NCBI GenBank assembly: GCA_903840165.1
Contig: CAIMEY010000121.1
Location: forward strand, 68,738-132,737
From: an uncultured Myxococcales bacterium
Lineage (GTDB): Bacteria; Myxococcota_A; UBA9042
Length of the DNA stretch: 64,000 bases
Reading direction: 5' to 3'
The translations under genes and the position numbers were made by a program. Positions 59,649-64,000 of this stretch are shown here, piece after piece. Every line of letters starts with the position of its first letter. Position 1 is the stretch's first letter. Below the pieces are notes generated by a model that did no database searches, had not been told where the DNA came from, and saw only the letters and a program-made list of their open reading frames with translations.

Positions 59649-62297
59649 ATGTCCACACAGGTATTGAAGTTATTTGCAAAAACGCTTGTTTGGGCGGGCG
59701 TCACCGTGGCGATGACGGCTTGCCAAGACGCAACGCCGACCGCGACCAGCCAGTGCGCGCCGGGCAAGATCTGCACCATCGCCGGCACGGGCATCGATGG
59801 CTTCAGCCCGGACGGGGCCCAGGCCCGCAATACGCGCCTGTTTTGGCCGGTGGACATCGCGCAGTGCTCGGGCGTGACCTACCTAATCGACTGGAATAAC
59901 TATAGAATCCGCAAGATCGCCAGCGACGGCACCTTGCAAACCGTCATCGGCACTGACTTTGCCGGCGATGGCGACCCCCAGCAGCTCGATGCCACGGCCA
60001 GCGGCGCACCGGGAACAACGGTATCCCTCAACCACCCGTCGGACTTGACCTGTGCGGCAATTGACTCAGCCGTTGCCGCCAAAGGCACTGTGATTGTCAC
60101 GTCTTGGCACAACCATCGCTTGAGAGTCCTCGACCCCAGCACCGGCACGGTGTTCGCCCATTGCGGGGCCCAACCCGGCTTCTTTGGCGACGGCGACGTG
60201 GTCAGCCCCAAGACCAAGTTCAGCCAACCGTCGAAATCTACGCAGGATTCGCTGGGCAACACCTACATCATCGATTCGCGCAACTGGCGGATTCGCAAGG
60301 TCGCCACAGGCGGCCTAGTCAGCACCATCGCCGGCAATGGCAAGCCGGGCTTTGACCCCGCTTCCGACACGGCGCCCCTCGAAGCGCTCAAGACCCCATT
60401 TTTGTTCTTTGATCCCAATGAGTTCAGCAACCCCAGCAATCCAGGCGGTGGCTTAGCCCTGAGCAAGGATGAGAAGACCCTCTACGTCGCCGACACCATG
60501 AATCACCGCATTCGTGCTGTGGATTTGGTCGGCGGCACCGTCACCACCGTCGCCGGCAGTGGCACGGCCGGCTGCTGGGTGCCCGCGAGTCATGACGCCA
60601 CCCCGTGCGCCCAAGACGGCGTCAACCCCGTTACAACAGGCGATTTTTCCGGCGATGGCGGCGAAGCGGTCAAAGCGCATCTGAACCAACCCCATGATTT
60701 GGCGTGGGGCCCGGACGGGCGCTTGTACTTTGCCGACTCGCTCAACCACCGAATTCGCGCCCTGAATTTGGCGACGGGCACCATCGCCACGGTCGCAGGC
60801 AGCGGCGATCCGGGCACAGCGGCCGAGAACAGCGACACAGTGGACGTCGGCGACGGCGGCGACCCGCTCAAGGCTAAGCTCGACCAACCCTGGGGCATTG
60901 CGTTTGACGCAGAAGGCAGTCTTTTGATTGCGGATACCTGGCACAGCCGCGTCCGCAAGGTCAGCGCTGGCGGGGCATCGTCCACGCCCGACGTCGCGCT
61001 CAAGCGCCCCGCAGTGGTCGAACCGCCGAAATGCAGCGGCAGCGGTTGCATCACCACCGTCATCGGCACCGGCTATGCCGGTCGCGCAGCCGAAGGCGTG
61101 GTGGGCTGGAAGTCGGATCTCTATTGGCCTCAAGGTGTTCGCTATAGTCCCGATGGGACCGTGCACTACATTGACTGGAACAACCACCGCATTCGCACGT
61201 GGAATGCAGCGACGCAGCTGACGCAAACCGTTGTCGGCGCTGGTCAATTGGGCGACGCAGGCACCGGCGAGCCTGGCACCGATGCGCGCCTGAACCACCC
61301 CACCGGCATGGCTTTTGCCCCTTCCGGCAACCTGTGGCTGGCCGCTTGGCACAACTCAAAGCTCAAGGAGTTCAACGTAAGTTCCCAGATTCTCACCGAT
61401 CGTGTCGGCACGGGCGCGCGGGCCTTCGGCGGCGACGGTGTGGCGGGAGGCGCCAACAAGGCCAAGATGGACCTGCCGTCGTCCATGGTCTTTACGTCCC
61501 AGGGTGACATCGTGTTCTCTGACCAGGCCAACCAGCGGATCCGTAAGGTGGATTTGACGACGCTGACCGTCACGACCTTGGTAGGCGACCATTGGCTGAC
61601 CGACGATGATACGCCTAAGGGCAAGCCGCTACAGGATAAAGACGGCAACTACCTAGGTTGTGGTCAGTCGCCAGACGGTGGACGCGTCAACATTCCAGTG
61701 GCCAATTCGGCCAAGTGCACCTACGACGCCACGCGAGATGACCATTGTTTTCGCGATGCTGCGGGCGCGCCTGTACCCTTCACTCCCCTGCCCTTGTACG
61801 ACAACTGCGGTGGCGCGGGGCAAGATGGCCCGGCTGCCAAGGCGTGGCTGCACAACACCCGCGGGCAAAATGGCTTTCCCAATGGCAGGTTAGCGATCGA
61901 CGCCAAGGACGTGATCTACATCACCGACACTTTCAATCAGCAGATTCGCACCTTAGACCTCAAGACCATGACGGTGGGCACCCTCGCTGGCACGGGCAAG
62001 CCGGGCTTTCAGGACGGCGACGCCAAGTCCGCGCAATTCCTCAATCCTGTGGATGTGACCGTCGCCCTCGACGGTGCACTGCTGGTGGCCGATATGGGGA
62101 ATCATTGCATTCGCCGGATCAAAGACGGCCAAGTCAGTACGTTTGCAGGACAATGTGGAAGCAAGGGCTTTGCTGGCGACGGCGGTCCGGCAGGGAAAGC
62201 GAAATTCAATAGTCCTTACGGGGTGTACGCGGCCCCCGATGGCAAGGTGTGGATTGCCGACACCTACAACCACAGAATTCGCGTGGTATTACCGTAG
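59649..62297 (+). CDS. NHL-repeat (tandem beta-propeller) lipoprotein
   Basis: MTAC lipobox; many TIAG.G..GF.GDG...A.L..P.......Y.AD..NHRIR repeats. Confidence 0.92.
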   Translation: MSTQVLKLFAKTLVWAGVTVAMTACQDATPTATSQCAPGKICTIAGTGIDGFSPDGAQARNTRLFWPVDIAQCSGVTYLIDWNNYRIRKIASDGTLQTVIGTDFAGDGDPQQLDATASGAPGTTVSLNHPSDLTCAAIDSAVAAKGTVIVTSWHNHRLRVLDPSTGTVFAHCGAQPGFFGDGDVVSPKTKFSQPSKSTQDSLGNTYIIDSRNWRIRKVATGGLVSTIAGNGKPGFDPASDTAPLEALKTPFLFFDPNEFSNPSNPGGGLALSKDEKTLYVADTMNHRIRAVDLVGGTVTTVAGSGTAGCWVPASHDATPCAQDGVNPVTTGDFSGDGGEAVKAHLNQPHDLAWGPDGRLYFADSLNHRIRALNLATGTIATVAGSGDPGTAAENSDTVDVGDGGDPLKAKLDQPWGIAFDAEGSLLIADTWHSRVRKVSAGGASSTPDVALKRPAVVEPPKCSGSGCITTVIGTGYAGRAAEGVVGWKSDLYWPQGVRYSPDGTVHYIDWNNHRIRTWNAATQLTQTVVGAGQLGDAGTGEPGTDARLNHPTGMAFAPSGNLWLAAWHNSKLKEFNVSSQILTDRVGTGARAFGGDGVAGGANKAKMDLPSSMVFTSQGDIVFSDQANQRIRKVDLTTLTVTTLVGDHWLTDDDTPKGKPLQDKDGNYLGCGQSPDGGRVNIPVANSAKCTYDATRDDHCFRDAAGAPVPFTPLPLYDNCGGAGQDGPAAKAWLHNTRGQNGFPNGRLAIDAKDVIYITDTFNQQIRTLDLKTMTVGTLAGTGKPGFQDGDAKSAQFLNPVDVTVALDGALLVADMGNHCIRRIKDGQVSTFAGQCGSKGFAGDGGPAGKAKFNSPYGVYAAPDGKVWIADTYNHRIRVVLP

Positions 62298-62411
62298 CAT
62301 GGCCGACGTCCCTCTCACCCGGCGCTGTTCATTGCGCCGGGCGAGTGGGGCCGTTGCCATCCGCAAATCGGCGTCAATGCAGTGAACTTTGTGTGTGTTT
62401 TACCGGCCCGC

Positions 62412-63203
62412 TCAGGCCACGGGCTTCTTGCCGGCATCCGGACCGGGGGCCTTGGCTGAGGCGGCGGCTTTGGCGGGCGCGGCCTTGGCAGTAGCGGCTG
62501 CAGCACCGCCTTGTTGGGCCGCAAAACTACGGATGAAATCCATCTGACACGGCATCTTCATGCCAAAGCTTTGTGCCTCAGCGACGGCAGCCTCGGCAGT
62601 CCAACCCTGCTTGGCGATTCGGTAACAGGCCACCATGGTACCCGTGCGGCCCTGCCCTGCTTCGCAATGCACGTAGACTGGCGCCTTTGACCCGACAAAG
62701 TCCAAGAATTGCTGCACTTGCCCAATCTTTGGTGCGGTATTGTCGATGATAGGAATGTGCAGCGGCTGCAGCCCGCATTGGGTCGCCCGCGCCGTGTCCA
62801 TATCATTCTCTGCGCAAAGATTGACGATTCCCTTGATTCCTTGCTTGGCCAACGCCTGCATGTGGGCATCGTCCTCAACGCGCGCGCCGCGATATAACTG
62901 CCCGGAAACTTGGGCCTCATAGGGCTTGACCGGGTATTTCAGGCCGACCATTTCGGCAAGGCCGATGGCCTCTCCGCCAAGGTTCATCGCTTCATTTTTG
63001 ACACCCTGGGCGACTTTGCCGGCACCAGCTTCCAATTGCCCCAACAATCCCTTAGGTTGCACTGCCGATTTTTGCTGTGCATAGCCCCCTCCCGGTGCGG
63101 CCGCGGCAGCCCCGGCCTTGGGTGCGGCCTTGGCAGCAGCAGGGGCAACTTGCGGGGCTTTGGCCTTTGGAGCGGCCGATTTCGCTTTCGATTCAATCAA
63201 CAT
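62412..63203 (-). CDS. Dual-specificity/protein-tyrosine phosphatase with Ala/Lys/Pro-rich termini
   Basis: LYRG, GIKGIVNL, PIID..AP, VHCEAGQGRTG (CX5R); GGAGAAGG RBS. Confidence 0.9.
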   Translation of the reverse strand: MLIESKAKSAAPKAKAPQVAPAAAKAAPKAGAAAAAPGGGYAQQKSAVQPKGLLGQLEAGAGKVAQGVKNEAMNLGGEAIGLAEMVGLKYPVKPYEAQVSGQLYRGARVEDDAHMQALAKQGIKGIVNLCAENDMDTARATQCGLQPLHIPIIDNTAPKIGQVQQFLDFVGSKAPVYVHCEAGQGRTGTMVACYRIAKQGWTAEAAVAEAQSFGMKMPCQMDFIRSFAAQQGGAAAATAKAAPAKAAASAKAPGPDAGKKPVA

Positions 63204-63593
63204 AGCCTTCTCCAACACCCTGATGGATCGCGATGGCGCCTCAAGGTTTGGCCCGCACGGGGCCGCGTAATGGCGATGAACCCTTGGAACACTGCGCAAT
63301 ACTTGCAAAGTTGCCTTAGGCTGCGCAGGCGACGCTGGCGGGTCGCCCAAAGGTTCATTTCGCTTGGTTTATCCTCCCCTGACCGTTCCCCCTCGCACGG
63401 GCCCAGCCTGCATGGCTCCAGTGTCTGGGTCAAGTCAAATCGCTCGGGGAGCCGCAGCCTGGGGTTGCCATACCCCTGCGACGGCTGGAGAACCTTGGGT
63501 GCGGGCTCAGCGGCATGATGCGAAAGGGTCCCGCAATGCCCCTTGCCCCAGCTTGTTGACGCGATGGCCGAGGGGATTGACCATCGGTCGGGC

Positions 63594-63628
63594 TTGACAT
63601 TATTTGCATGGTTGTGCAATGATGCAAA
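63594..63628 (+). promoter_or_regulatory. TTGACA (-35-like) followed by a 26-bp imperfect palindrome
   Basis: TTGACA at 63594-63599; TTTGCAT-gg-TTG-tg-CAA-tg-ATGCAAA at 63603-63628 in a long intergenic region. Confidence 0.45.
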
Positions 63629-64000
63629 CGTTGGCCCCGGTGGCCGCCTCGAGTTGCCATGACCCTGTCCGGCTGCCCCCCCTTGATTCTGCCACGCAAC
63701 CTTGCAGAACTTCACGCACTTTCTGACATGTTCCAAGCCCTGGCCGACCCGCAACGGCTATGGCTGGTCTGCAGCTTGGCTTCGCGGTCACGTGCCGTGA
63801 CGCTGACCGAGGCTTCGAGCTGCTGCGGTGTTCACTTGTCTGGTGTTTCTAGGCACTTGGCTCGCCTTGCTGCCGTGGGGCTGGTGAACTCGCGCAAGCA
63901 AGGTCGGCAGGTGCTTCACCGCCTAGACCGAGATAACCTCGCGCAATTGTTACGCGAAACTGCCGATTGGCTTCAGGCGGGTGCCCCCTGTTGCGCGGCC

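Overview
A gene-dense, GC-rich bacterial chromosomal window with about 50 CDS. The lineage is inferred to be Myxococcota/deltaproteobacterial from the Cys-rich repeat lipoproteins, NHL and DUF4157 proteins, bactofilin and a PhaR-like DNA-binding protein. No rRNA, tRNA, CRISPR array, transposase or integrase was recognised. Housekeeping genes (tyrS, yebC, argF, rel, serC, pdxH, ribBA, yqeY-like) are mixed with signalling, envelope and secreted repeat proteins. Notable signals: (1) an intact, translationally coupled HisH/HisF-like pair that has lost the catalytic residues of both subunits, flanked by a radical SAM gene and a 58-aa basic ORF; (2) a putative operon of a Cys-paired TPR-like lipoprotein, an INSIG-like membrane protein and a cholesterol-oxidase-like GMC enzyme; (3) a non-coding 127-bp x ~3.6 tandem array; (4) further degenerate but intact enzymes (PilT-like ATPase, RibB domain); (5) a TTGTATACAA palindrome upstream of three genes; (6) a CheB-CheR-PAS gene split by one in-frame TAG; (7) an orphan HExxH peptide-modification protein. 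All family calls come from reading motifs by eye against remembered consensus sequences; no database search was run.
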